64,000 nt of DNA from a virus (lineage: Duplodnaviria; Caudoviricetes). This document shows positions 9,728 through 18,509 of this stretch, one piece after another. The notes under the pieces are model-generated. The model was not told the origin of the DNA. It did not search any database and saw only the letters and a program-made list of their open reading frames with translations. The stretch lies in the IMG/VR virus record IMGVR_UViG_3300037424_002485, positions 1-64,000 of that record, one strand, 5' to 3'. Every line of letters starts with the position of its first letter. Within the stretch, counting starts at the first letter, position 1. The translations under genes and the position numbers were made by a program.

Positions 9728-9894
9728 AATTAAAAAATATGAACACGCACGCATCACAGCGCCCATGGCTGAACGCGAAAAAGTGTTTGCCTACATAGAA
9801 AAACACGGTTGGCGTTTACTCGTGCGGGGCCGCCGATAAAAAACGGAAAAGCTGATGTCTCACGCCTGCTTATACTCGCTGAAAGAGAAATGCT

Positions 9895-10791
9895 GTGAAA
9901 ATTGACATGCTCGCATTACTGCACAGCCGCGGTATCGCTACCGACGGCAAGCACCGCTTCCCCGGATGGATAAACATCCGATGTCCGTTCTGCGGCGACC
10001 GAAGCAATCACCTCGGCTGGAATATTAACGGGCAGTACTGGACATGCTATCGTTGCGGCGGTAAACATATCGATGCCGTCCTCGCCGAACTATTCGCGGT
10101 CAGCGAACGCGAAGCCTGGCTAATCAGCAGGCAGTACGCGCTGAGGCCGAGCGCGGGCGAGCCAGAAGCCGAACCCGCGGTAGTGCGACCGTCGGCGGTC
10201 ATCGTACCCGGAGCCGACTTGCTCAAGGCGCACCGCGACTATCTCGACGCGCGCGGCTACGACGCCGATCGTCTGGCGTACTGGCAACTACAGGGAACCG
10301 ATCACCGCGCTGCCGGCACAAATAAATTCCGCATCGTCTGCCCGGTTTATTACGACGGCGAAGTCGTCAGCTGGCAGGGTCGCGACATCACCGGCAAGTC
10401 AGCATTGCGCTGGAAAAGCTGCCCGCAGGAATTGGAGCGGCGGCCCGTCAAGCACTGCTTGGGCGGACTTGAAAAAATAAATGGAGATACAATAGTAATT
10501 GTAGAGGGGTTCACTGATGCATGGAGATTAGGGGTTGGAAGTTGCTGCACTTTTGGAACAAATTACTTAATGCAACAAATACAATTGATGATACCCTTCA
10601 AAAGAAAATTTGTAGTTTTGGATAGTGAAGAAAAAGATCCCAATGCAAAAAAACAAGCAGAAAAACTTTGTAATATTTTAAGCGTGTTCCCAGGAGAAAC
10701 AGTTATAGTCGAACTGGACGAAGGCGATCCCGGAAGCATGAAACAAGACGATGCTGATTCACTTATGAGAAGTTTCGGATTTAAAAGATAA
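9895..10791 (+). CDS. DNA primase (Zn-binding domain plus TOPRIM)
   Basis: CPFC...CYRCG zinc domain, SWQGR, IVIVEGFTDAW, GDPG. Confidence 0.88.
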   Translation: MKIDMLALLHSRGIATDGKHRFPGWINIRCPFCGDRSNHLGWNINGQYWTCYRCGGKHIDAVLAELFAVSEREAWLISRQYALRPSAGEPEAEPAVVRPSAVIVPGADLLKAHRDYLDARGYDADRLAYWQLQGTDHRAAGTNKFRIVCPVYYDGEVVSWQGRDITGKSALRWKSCPQELERRPVKHCLGGLEKINGDTIVIVEGFTDAWRLGVGSCCTFGTNYLMQQIQLMIPFKRKFVVLDSEEKDPNAKKQAEKLCNILSVFPGETVIVELDEGDPGSMKQDDADSLMRSFGFKR

Positions 10792-10794
10792 TGC

Positions 10795-10823
10795 TTTACA
10801 TGCATAACTACTTACGGTATAAT
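10795..10823 (+). promoter_or_regulatory. sigma70-type promoter of the HNH insertion
   Basis: TTTACA-17 bp-TATAAT, then AAAAGGAG RBS. Confidence 0.6.
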
Positions 10824-10839
10824 TAAAAGGAGATTAATT

Positions 10840-10974
10840 ATGAAATGCCCAAAATGTGGGTTTGAATGGAAAGATCAAGGCCGTGTAAAAGGAGGAAAAA
10901 CATCTCGACGTACGTTAACAACTAAACAAGCAAAAGAGATGTCAAAAATTCGATGGAAAAAGAAAAGAACTTAA
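10840..10974 (+). CDS. Small basic CxxC protein, 44 aa
   Basis: Manual translation: MKCPKCGFEWKDQGRVKGG...; strong RBS. Confidence 0.55.
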   Translation: MKCPKCGFEWKDQGRVKGGKTSRRTLTTKQAKEMSKIRWKKKRT

Positions 10975-11870
10975 CCAAAATAAGATTATGTCACTGTGGA
11001 TGTAAAGGTGCGTTATTAAATAACGAAAATCAATTTCTTTCTGGTCATCATATTCATTATGTAAGAACGCCAGAAAGAAATTTGAAAATGAAACAAATAC
11101 TCAAACGCAAATGGAAAGATGCAAACTATAGAAATAATGTAATAACGGGTATTAAAAAGGCGTTGAACACACAAGAAGCGAAAATAAAAAAGAGTAAAAT
11201 ATCGCGGCAATTATGGAACGATCCACAATACAGGGAAAAGGTAATGAACGGACTATCACCCGATGTAAGAAAGAAAATAGGAAGAAAATCACGTTCTTTG
11301 TGGAAAACAAAAGAATATAGAAATAAAATAATCGAAAAAATAAATAACCCAGAAATGCTAAAGAAAGCGAGTGAAAGAAGTAAAGAGTTATGGGAGAACA
11401 ATGAATTTAGAACCCGCAATATCGAAGCATTAAATAAACCTTCAGTAAAGAAAAAACAAAGCGAACAAGCGCAGAAACGATGGAAGAACCCTAATTATAG
11501 AAAAACGGTAATAGAAAAATCAAATTCTTATGAAAATAGAAAAAGAAAATCAGAAAAATTAAGTAGAGAAAAATCGCATCTATGGAGAGGAGGCGTCTCG
11601 TTTGAGCCATACAGTATAGAATTTAATAACACAATAAGAAGGCATATACTCAAACGAGACAATAATGCATGTCAAAATCCAAATTGCGTTAATGGAAAAA
11701 CATCAAAACACGTTCATCATATCGATTATAATAAAAAGAACACGAGTGAATTAAATCTGATTACATTATGTAATAATTGTCATTCATCGTCTAATCAGAA
11801 TCGAAAATATCACCAAGCGAAATACACTTCAATCGTACAGTTAAAGTATCCAAGAAAAAGAACGAACTAA
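10953..11870 (+). mobile_element. Free-standing HNH homing endonuclease with repeated basic DNA-binding modules
   Basis: C-terminal RDNNACQNPNC...HVHHIDYNKKN...NLITLCNNCH; repeated K..W.N..YR modules; strongly AT-rich. Confidence 0.88.
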
Positions 11871-11880
11871 AAGGAGAAAT

Positions 11881-11961
11881 CATGACCGCGGCGATCCCGG
11901 CGACCTATCGCAGGCAGAAGCCGACCGTCTTATGACACGCGAATGGAGGGTGAGAAAATGA
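11881..11961 (+). pseudogene. Orphan remnant of the original primase 3' end
   Basis: Translates HDRGDPGDLSQAEADRLMTREWRVRK*, aligning to primase LDEGDPGSMKQDDADSLMR; GGCGATCCCGG shared at 10723 and 11890. Confidence 0.75.
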
Positions 11962-12167
11962 AAACTGAAACTTATGTAGTGACTGTTGAGCGACCCGATG
12001 ACGTGAGTGTTGCGGAGATGAAAAATTATATCCGCGAAGCCGTCAATCGTTGGTCTAAATGCGGTGATCCCACATCAGGTTTATGGTGGGCTGTTTGCAC
12101 GTGGGTGAAAAGACTACCGACCGCGGACAGCATACGAAAAAATATCAACCAGAGAAGGGAGAAATAA
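11958..12167 (+). CDS. Hypothetical protein
   Basis: ATG after GGAGG; 69 aa. Confidence 0.6.
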   Translation: MKTETYVVTVERPDDVSVAEMKNYIREAVNRWSKCGDPTSGLWWAVCTWVKRLPTADSIRKNINQRREK

Positions 12168-12168
12168 A

Positions 12169-13047
12169 ATGATAACCAAACCGATGCTGGCCGCTTCCAT
12201 TGAAAATCTCGACGACATACAATATCCGGTGCTCTGCACGCCAAAACTCGATGGAGTTCGCTGTCTGAAAATTAACGGCCGGGCCGTGACGCGAGCCTTC
12301 AAACCGGTACCGAACGCATTCGTACGCGAATTCATCGAAGCCAATTACCCGGACGGCGTGGACGGTGAACTAATGACGCCGAGCCCTGTTGGCACAGCAT
12401 TTGACGCGGGACCGCTCATGCATCATACCGGCGAGCCGGATTTCGTATTCAATTGTTTTGACTACGTGCCGCGGGGCGACCTGCTGCAACCCTATAAATC
12501 TCGCATAACCGTAGTCGAGAGCCTGAATTTGCCTAAATTAATGCCTGTTGTACCCGGTTCTTATATTCGCCGCGAAGCTGATCTACTCGCCTACGAACAC
12601 CGGTGTCTTGACGCCGGCTACGAGGGTGTTATGCTCAGGTCGCCAGACGGTCCGTATAAATGCGGGCGGTCAACGGTGCGTGAAGGCTATCTGCTCAAGC
12701 TCAAACGGTTTGCCGACAGCGAAGCCGTCATCCTCGGCCTCTATGAACAGATGCACAATGCGAATGCCGCCCAGCAGGATGCGTTTGGCCGAACAAAGCG
12801 GTCGTCGCATAAAGATAATAAAATCGGCAAAGCGACGCTCGGCGCCTTCTTCGTGCGCGACGTGAAGACCGGCATCGAGTTCAACATAGGTACGGGCATG
12901 AATGATGAATTCCGCGCGTGGGCATGGCAGCATCCCCGCGAATGCATAGATAAAATCTGCAAGTATAAATCGCAATCAGTCGGCGTAAAAGACGCACCCC
13001 GGTTTCCCGTGTGGCTGGGATTTCGCGACGCCGCTGATATGTCGTAA
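12169..13047 (+). CDS. lig: Minimal ATP-dependent DNA ligase
   Basis: Motif I PKLDGVR, DGEL, GYEGVMLR, LLKLK, OB fold GTG...PRFP. Confidence 0.93.
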   Translation: MITKPMLAASIENLDDIQYPVLCTPKLDGVRCLKINGRAVTRAFKPVPNAFVREFIEANYPDGVDGELMTPSPVGTAFDAGPLMHHTGEPDFVFNCFDYVPRGDLLQPYKSRITVVESLNLPKLMPVVPGSYIRREADLLAYEHRCLDAGYEGVMLRSPDGPYKCGRSTVREGYLLKLKRFADSEAVILGLYEQMHNANAAQQDAFGRTKRSSHKDNKIGKATLGAFFVRDVKTGIEFNIGTGMNDEFRAWAWQHPRECIDKICKYKSQSVGVKDAPRFPVWLGFRDAADMS

Positions 13048-13224
13048 GTGGAGGCCGTATGATACGCGAAATTAAACGCATCCAAGAAAAGTATATCCAA
13101 CTCCAAAAACAAAATATCGAATATGTGAGCATATGCGACATAACAAACGACCTCTACCAACTCATACGAGAAATACGAATAAAACGATTACCGAAGTCAG
13201 AACGATGATATTCGAGGAGGCCGT

Positions 13225-13410
13225 ATGAACCCGCTCATAGTTATGAGTCTTGACGATAAACTATTTGCGCTCGACTATTGCTGTCGCTGCCTGCGCTCGG
13301 CACGCCTGACCGGCGACGGCGAAGCCGTGCTGTTTTGGCTCGACCGGTGGCTTGAATTTATGCTGGAGCCCGTTGAAACGCGAAAACCGGCCGATAACAG
13401 CAGCGGCTAA
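13225..13410 (+). CDS. Hypothetical protein
   Basis: 61 aa with GAGGAGG RBS. Confidence 0.55.
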   Translation: MNPLIVMSLDDKLFALDYCCRCLRSARLTGDGEAVLFWLDRWLEFMLEPVETRKPADNSSG

Positions 13411-13473
13411 CGTCTTAATAAATAAGCGAACCTAAAAATAATAAAAAAGTTCATTAAGAACGTTAAGCCGGGT

Positions 13474-13503
13474 ATAGCGAAAGCCGCCGCGGTCGAGTAT
13501 AAT
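13474..13503 (+). promoter_or_regulatory. Phage promoter motif copy B
   Basis: ATAGCGAAAGCC-N9-GAGTATAAT upstream of the replication-initiator operon. Confidence 0.78.
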
Positions 13504-13601
13504 ATAAACGTACGAAGCAACGAGATTGGTACACGCAGAGGGAATGAGGGCGGTGCCCTAATCACCGCCCGATTTCTAAATCCGATTAGGGAGGGTTGAA
13601 A

Positions 13602-13940
13602 TTGAGAACGCCGTCTTCAAAGAATTTAATTGCCGCCGTCGAAACCATCGCAAAAAAACCACCTGTAATTCCACCACCGCCTAAGCCAGAAGTAAAACCT
13701 CAGCAAACAACCGTACCGCCTCTGCGCGATTCTGAAATCGTATATATCATAAAACTCATCCCCGAATACCGAGAAAATAATCGGTCCCGGCTTATCCTCG
13801 AATTAGTCTCAAACAACGATCAAAAAACCATGCCAAAAATTAGATTAAAACCCGGCATGATGATCAAAATAACAAATATGAGTCAGACGGTAGAAGATAT
13901 GCGAAAAGAAAATGAGGAGCGCCGCAATGCCAAGAAATGA
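13602..13940 (+). CDS. Hypothetical Pro-rich protein
   Basis: TTG start 6 nt after GGGAGGG; coupled to the initiator. Confidence 0.55.
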   Translation: MRTPSSKNLIAAVETIAKKPPVIPPPPKPEVKPQQTTVPPLRDSEIVYIIKLIPEYRENNRSRLILELVSNNDQKTMPKIRLKPGMMIKITNMSQTVEDMRKENEERRNAKK

Positions 13941-14838
13941 CAACAGCTGGTTATTACCAGATATAGAAAAAATACAATTGTACGCAAATAAACTCCAATA
14001 CATCCAAATACCCATAGAAATTATCTGCGACGAACGTATTCCGCATATCGCTAAACTAATATTTGGTATTGTGCTCGCGACAGGTCGCACAGAAGAAGGC
14101 TCATTTTGGGGTAATGCGAAACTGGAGCATTTGCTTGATGTATCTCAGCCTGTAATCAGTAAAGCATACACCACGCTCGAAGCGCTCGGCCTTATAAAAA
14201 TGGAATTTGATGGACGGCGTAGAGTAGCAAGAAGCTTATATGGAATAGGTCTTGTTAATTCAAAAGAACGAACTCAAGAATATTTATCCCTTTTAGGCAG
14301 AGTAAAAGATTCTTTTAGGCAGCCTAAAAGAAAACAATTAGCTAATATAAAACATATAATAAAAAAAGATAATAAGAACCTATATACTACTAACAGCGCG
14401 GAAAACCCTCGCGCTGAATCTGACAAAAAAGAATCATCTGTTTCCAGAACGGCTAAACTCAGGGCAGCTAAACAGGCAAAACTTCCAGACCCCGCGATCA
14501 TGGCCGTCGTCAGCTATTTTAAAACTCGCTGCAAAGAAACGCTCGGCATAGACCTTGACGTTGCATCGAGGGATTGGAAAACAGTCAAGGAAAAATTATC
14601 AACTAAGTCAGAAACCGAAATAAAGAAAATTATCGATGACTGCCTGACAAATACAAATACGCAATGGCAACGCGATCATCCAACGCTTAGTATTTTCTTA
14701 TCCGTGAATACAATCAATCAGCTAAAAGTGAATAAACCGACGGGTACAAATTATACGCCCAAATCAGGATACGTGCATTCAGGAACAGAGTACCCACGGG
14801 GAAAACAATATTCAAACGTAGACGGGAGTGTAAAGTGA
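13927..14838 (+). CDS. Replication initiator-like protein (N-terminal wHTH, C-terminal DnaD/O-like domain)
   Basis: AKLIFG...FWGNAKLEHLLDVSQPVISKAYTTLEALGLIK wHTH; directly upstream of a DnaC-like ATPase. Confidence 0.7.
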   Translation: MPRNDNSWLLPDIEKIQLYANKLQYIQIPIEIICDERIPHIAKLIFGIVLATGRTEEGSFWGNAKLEHLLDVSQPVISKAYTTLEALGLIKMEFDGRRRVARSLYGIGLVNSKERTQEYLSLLGRVKDSFRQPKRKQLANIKHIIKKDNKNLYTTNSAENPRAESDKKESSVSRTAKLRAAKQAKLPDPAIMAVVSYFKTRCKETLGIDLDVASRDWKTVKEKLSTKSETEIKKIIDDCLTNTNTQWQRDHPTLSIFLSVNTINQLKVNKPTGTNYTPKSGYVHSGTEYPRGKQYSNVDGSVK

Positions 14839-15638
14839 TAACTAAATTAGATGCCGTCCAGTACAATAGAAAATTACGCGAAATAGTAGGCAGTAAAGAG
14901 CTGTGGGAGCTGTGCTCATCATTATTCGCGAACGAATTATCGTCACGAGAAATGCTTGATCATTTACTCTATCACATGCTGCTTACGGGCGTGCCGAGCA
15001 GATTTCAATCCGCACACCTCGGCGCATTTCCATCAGAGCAGCAAAGAGATGTGTTCGCTGCTCTGTCACAAAACTCAGGGCTTTTCATCCACGGCAAGCG
15101 AGGTCGCGGAAAAACCATGCTCGCCTGCGCGGTGCTGCGCGAATTAAAATCACAAGTTGCACACGATTTGTTAAAACAATGCTGGCAGAATGCTGCTCAG
15201 GATGGCTACGTCGAACCGCCGACGCGCGCGCAGGTAGACCGTTACGTGGGCACGTGTTTTAGCGAAGCGTTGATGCGCGGGCCGTCAATGCTATTCAAGA
15301 ATACCGCCGAGCTGATGGATGATATTAAGCGATGCTTCGATGCTGGCGCCGAGACAAACAAGCAAGACCTCGTGGATAAATATGCACAGGTAGACGTGCT
15401 CGTGCTTGACGACCTCGGCATGGAGAAGCCGTCCGCGTTTGTCCGCGAGACATTCGACATGATAATCAACCGGCGGTGGAGTGAGGAGAAGATGTGCGTA
15501 TTTACGAGCAACTTCGACCTGGTGAAGCTGGAGACGCATTACGAGGACGAGGGCCGGATAAGCTCGCGCGTCGCCGGCATGTGCGCGGTCGTCGAAATGG
15601 TCGGCAGCGATCAGCGGTTGCGGAACCAAGAGGGTTGA
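14835..15638 (+). CDS. DnaC/IstB-like AAA+ helicase loader
   Basis: GKRGRGKT Walker A, VLVLDDLG Walker B, TSN, RISSR. Confidence 0.88.
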   Translation: MITKLDAVQYNRKLREIVGSKELWELCSSLFANELSSREMLDHLLYHMLLTGVPSRFQSAHLGAFPSEQQRDVFAALSQNSGLFIHGKRGRGKTMLACAVLRELKSQVAHDLLKQCWQNAAQDGYVEPPTRAQVDRYVGTCFSEALMRGPSMLFKNTAELMDDIKRCFDAGAETNKQDLVDKYAQVDVLVLDDLGMEKPSAFVRETFDMIINRRWSEEKMCVFTSNFDLVKLETHYEDEGRISSRVAGMCAVVEMVGSDQRLRNQEG

Positions 15639-15695
15639 AATAAACGCGGTGCTCAGGCGCGGCGTAGCCGTCGCGCTGGAGCACCCTGGTTATAT
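15639..15695 (+). mobile_element. attC-like site 0
   Basis: AATAAAC...GGTGCTC/GAGCACC inner inverted repeat with bulges...GTTATAT; 57 bp. Confidence 0.7.
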
Positions 15696-15729
15696 GTGAT
15701 TTTAATTCTATTCATTGGAGGAAAAGACC

Positions 15730-16032
15730 ATGGGAGTAAACAGAATAGTTCGCAGAAACCTCAAGCGTTCAGGTGACGCAAGCCACAAGAGAATCATCAC
15801 CGGCAAGCACGATGAAAACGGATATTCCGTTGACATGCAGAGGTCGCACATGAAATGCACGGACGGGACCGATTGGGTCTGGGTGTTCCATCCGACGTGG
15901 GTTGATAACCGTTCGCGGGACAAATACGAAATTCTCGCAGGCCATTGTTCGGAAATGGCAAAGCGTGTTGTTCGCATCAGTGGCCGAAAGGTCGTCGGCA
16001 TCCCGTCGGGTGCGGTTGGCATTCACATATAA
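15730..16032 (+). CDS. Cassette 1 hypothetical protein
   Basis: Stop TAA lies inside the R'' box CATATAAC; RBS GGAGG after the preceding GTT. Confidence 0.7.
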   Translation: MGVNRIVRRNLKRSGDASHKRIITGKHDENGYSVDMQRSHMKCTDGTDWVWVFHPTWVDNRSRDKYEILAGHCSEMAKRVVRISGRKVVGIPSGAVGIHI

Positions 16033-16084
16033 CGTTGTTGTGAGGGGCGCGGTTTCAGCGACCCTCTCGACCGTTTTGTTATCT
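16027..16084 (+). mobile_element. attC-like site 1
   Basis: TCACATATAAC (16023-16033) is the exact reverse complement of GTTATATGTGA (15689-15699); inner GAGGG/CCCTC stem; ends GTTATCT. Confidence 0.85.
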
Positions 16085-16092
16085 GAGGTTCT

Positions 16093-16698
16093 ATGTTTGA
16101 AAAAGTCGAAATAGGCCACGCAACCCTTTATCACGGTGACGCTTTGGAGATCCTTCCGAAACTGTATCCGGTTGACGCTGTGATTACCGATCCGCCGTAT
16201 CCGAACCGGGCCGGGCATTTCGATGCGGACATAGAAACGGCAATTCAGTTCATGCAGCAATATAAAATTGTTCAGCACTGGATTGTTTTCTGGACCGAAA
16301 TGGAGCACCCGCCCGTTCCGTTGCCGTTGACTGCCGTGCATATCTGGCACAGGAGCAACACGAACAGGCCAGACAACTACGAACCGTTTTATGAATTTCA
16401 CGCGAACGGGATAAAGAGAGCAAGCCGGGTATATTCTTATCCGGTCGTCTTTGAAGGATTGACGGGATGCACAGAGGCTACCGGACACCCGGCGCAGAAG
16501 AATGAAAAGCTGATGCGCGACATAGTACAGAAAACACGCGGTGAAGTGCTTGACCCTTTCATGGGATCGGGGAGCACGGGCGCGGCCTGTGTGAAGCTGG
16601 AACGGAAATTTATCGGAATTGAGAAAGACCGCAAGTGGTTCGATATTTCATGTGAACGGATAGAACAGGCACAAAGGCAGATGTGCCTTTACAGATAA
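16093..16698 (+). CDS. Cassette 2: DNA amino-methyltransferase (N4-C/N6-A, beta class)
   Basis: ITDPPY, GHPAQK, VLDPFMGSGSTG, FIGIEKD. Confidence 0.9.
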   Translation: MFEKVEIGHATLYHGDALEILPKLYPVDAVITDPPYPNRAGHFDADIETAIQFMQQYKIVQHWIVFWTEMEHPPVPLPLTAVHIWHRSNTNRPDNYEPFYEFHANGIKRASRVYSYPVVFEGLTGCTEATGHPAQKNEKLMRDIVQKTRGEVLDPFMGSGSTGAACVKLERKFIGIEKDRKWFDISCERIEQAQRQMCLYR

Positions 16699-16782
16699 CG
16701 TCGCAGGTAACAGGCCGCCGCGCTCAGGCGGCGAATAGAGGCACGGTGATTCACGGCGGTCCTGTTGACCGCAGGGTTCGAC
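16693..16782 (+). mobile_element. attC-like site 2
   Basis: CAGATAAC (16692-16699) complements GTTATCTG (16078-16085); AACAGGCCGCCG/CGGCGG-T-CCTGTT stem with one extrahelical base; ends GTTCGAC. Confidence 0.85.
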
Positions 16783-16798
16783 AACAATTGGTGAGGCC

Positions 16799-17695
16799 AT
16801 GAACAGAACAGAGCACCTACTGACATGCCTAGCGGAAGAATGTGCTGAAGTACAACAGGCTGTAGCCAAAGCGCTGCGGTTTGGCCTTGACGATGGCTAC
16901 CCAGGAACAGACCGGACAAACGCCGCCGACATCGCGCAGGAACTGAAAGACGTGGTTGCTGTGGCTGAGATGCTAGAGGAATGCGGAGCGCTGCCGAACA
17001 CGCACACGATGCGCGACATTGAGGCGAAGAAGGCCAAAGTTGCGCACTACATGGAATACGCAGAGCAGCGCGGGACATTGGTGTCGAACGCCCGGATGAC
17101 GGGCGCGGGTCTTGCGGCCCGTCGATACGATGGTTGTGTGGGAGGTAGCATGGAATTAGTAACGTTGCCAGAAATGGAAAAAGGCGCATGGAAAATTGAG
17201 CGATTCACGGTTGATCGGACGGACTTCCATTCAGCACTTAGAGGTCGCGGGGTGCCAGTAGGAGAGACGTTCACTAAGGTTACAAGAAACGGATACCTTG
17301 TGATGTCTGATACTCCCGCTGAACAGAGCGACCATTGGGAAGCTGTAAGACGCGCAAAAGGCTCTTGCCTTTTGAACGGTCTTGGAATTGGCATGGTGTT
17401 GAAAAATATTCTCTTAAAACCGTCAGTAACGGACATTACGGTTGTCGAAATAGCGCAAGATTTGATTGACATTGTAGCGCCGCACTATGCTGACCCACGA
17501 GTGACATTTGTTTGTGCCGACGCATTGAAGTATCAACCGCCGAAAGGTAAGCGGTATCAGATGGTATGGCATGACATTTGGGACAATATCTGCGGTGACA
17601 ACCTGAAAGACATGGAGAAGTTGCACCGGAAATATGGACGGCGCACGGATTGGCAAAATTCGTGGTGTAAATACGAGTGCCAGCGCGGAAGGTAG
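16799..17695 (+). CDS. In-frame fusion of cassette 3 (MazG-like NTP pyrophosphohydrolase) and cassette 4 (spermidine-synthase-like SAM methyltransferase, own ATG at 17150)
   Basis: LAEECAEVQQAVAK...ELKDV MazG-like helices; GLGIG...VVEIAQD...ADA...WHDIW Rossmann MTase; internal GGAGG RBS. Confidence 0.8.
   Translation: MNRTEHLLTCLAEECAEVQQAVAKALRFGLDDGYPGTDRTNAADIAQELKDVVAVAEMLEECGALPNTHTMRDIEAKKAKVAHYMEYAEQRGTLVSNARMTGAGLAARRYDGCVGGSMELVTLPEMEKGAWKIERFTVDRTDFHSALRGRGVPVGETFTKVTRNGYLVMSDTPAEQSDHWEAVRRAKGSCLLNGLGIGMVLKNILLKPSVTDITVVEIAQDLIDIVAPHYADPRVTFVCADALKYQPPKGKRYQMVWHDIWDNICGDNLKDMEKLHRKYGRRTDWQNSWCKYECQRGR
17083..17139 (+). mobile_element. attC-like site 3 (read through in frame)
   Basis: TGTCGAAC (17082-17089) complements GTTCGACA (16776-16783); GACGGGC/GCCCGTC stem; ends GTTGTGT. 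Confidence 0.85.
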
Positions 17696-17741
17696 TTACA
17701 CATAATGGGCGAGTTGAGCCACCCGAGGAAGGGGCAGGATT

Positions 17742-17909
17742 ATGAGCGTGGACTGCATATCAGATTATTGTAAATATCACAAGGCCGGAATGTGCACCAT
17801 CGAAATGAGCCACCCATGCCCAGCTCGTAATCCTGTTCCTGACGAAGCGGTTCATCCGCTCGGACGTTTGGTTATGATTTCATTGGAGGACGCGCAATGG
17901 CTGAGATAA
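17742..17909 (+). CDS. Small Cys-rich protein, 55 aa
   Basis: Manual translation: MSVDCISDYCKYHKAGMC...; crosses a degenerate attC-like hairpin ending GTTATGA (17871). Confidence 0.4.
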   Translation: MSVDCISDYCKYHKAGMCTIEMSHPCPARNPVPDEAVHPLGRLVMISLEDAQWLR

Positions 17910-18208
17910 AACGAGCAGACATTAAACCGTGTGCAAAATGCGGCAAGGGTGTGATGCACACAGGGATTCCTCTTTTTTGGAGAGTAACCATTCAACGATA
18001 CGGACTCGATGCTGGCGCCGTGCAGCGTGCCGCAGGGCTGGAAATGATGCTCGGAAGCGTGACATTGGCAAACGTCATGGGGCCGAATGAAACACTGGCA
18101 AAGCCAGTAATGGATACCACAGTATTAATTCTTTGCGAAGACTGCGCTATGGAACCGTATCCGGTTGCAGCGTTTGCAGAGTTGGTGAAATCATCGGAGA
18201 CAATATGA
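17897..18208 (+). CDS. Zn-finger hypothetical protein
   Basis: CAKCG...CEDC; GGAGG RBS. Confidence 0.7.
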   Translation: MAEIKRADIKPCAKCGKGVMHTGIPLFWRVTIQRYGLDAGAVQRAAGLEMMLGSVTLANVMGPNETLAKPVMDTTVLILCEDCAMEPYPVAAFAELVKSSETI

Positions 18209-18465
18209 AAACAATCTGGAAGTTCCCTATCGAAATAACAACTCATCAAAAAATTCAAATGCCCGTATGCGCTGATATATTACACGCAGACCTCGACCCA
18301 GAAGGGACGCCATGCGTTTGGGCACTTGTACAGTTCGACTCTCCGAAAGCGGTAAAAAGTTGGCGTGATATTTTCATCTACGGTACGGGCAATCCGGTAT
18401 CGAAATGTGAAAAGTATATCGGTACATTTAAGCAAGGCCCGCTTGTGCGGCATGTTTTTTCGTAG
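18205..18465 (+). CDS. Conserved phage hypothetical protein
   Basis: MKTIWKFPI...QMP..A.ILH...CVWALV...YGTG...YIGTF pattern, common in phages. Confidence 0.7.
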   Translation: MKTIWKFPIEITTHQKIQMPVCADILHADLDPEGTPCVWALVQFDSPKAVKSWRDIFIYGTGNPVSKCEKYIGTFKQGPLVRHVFS

Positions 18466-18509
18466 CGGTTTGTTGATCGACTGCTATCAGCTAGTGAAGG
18501 AGAAGGATT

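Noticed and set aside
15639-17139. attC-like hairpins read as simple intrinsic terminators
   Set aside because: No U-tracts, and terminators would not explain the exact cross-complementarity between each cassette's start box and its own downstream box
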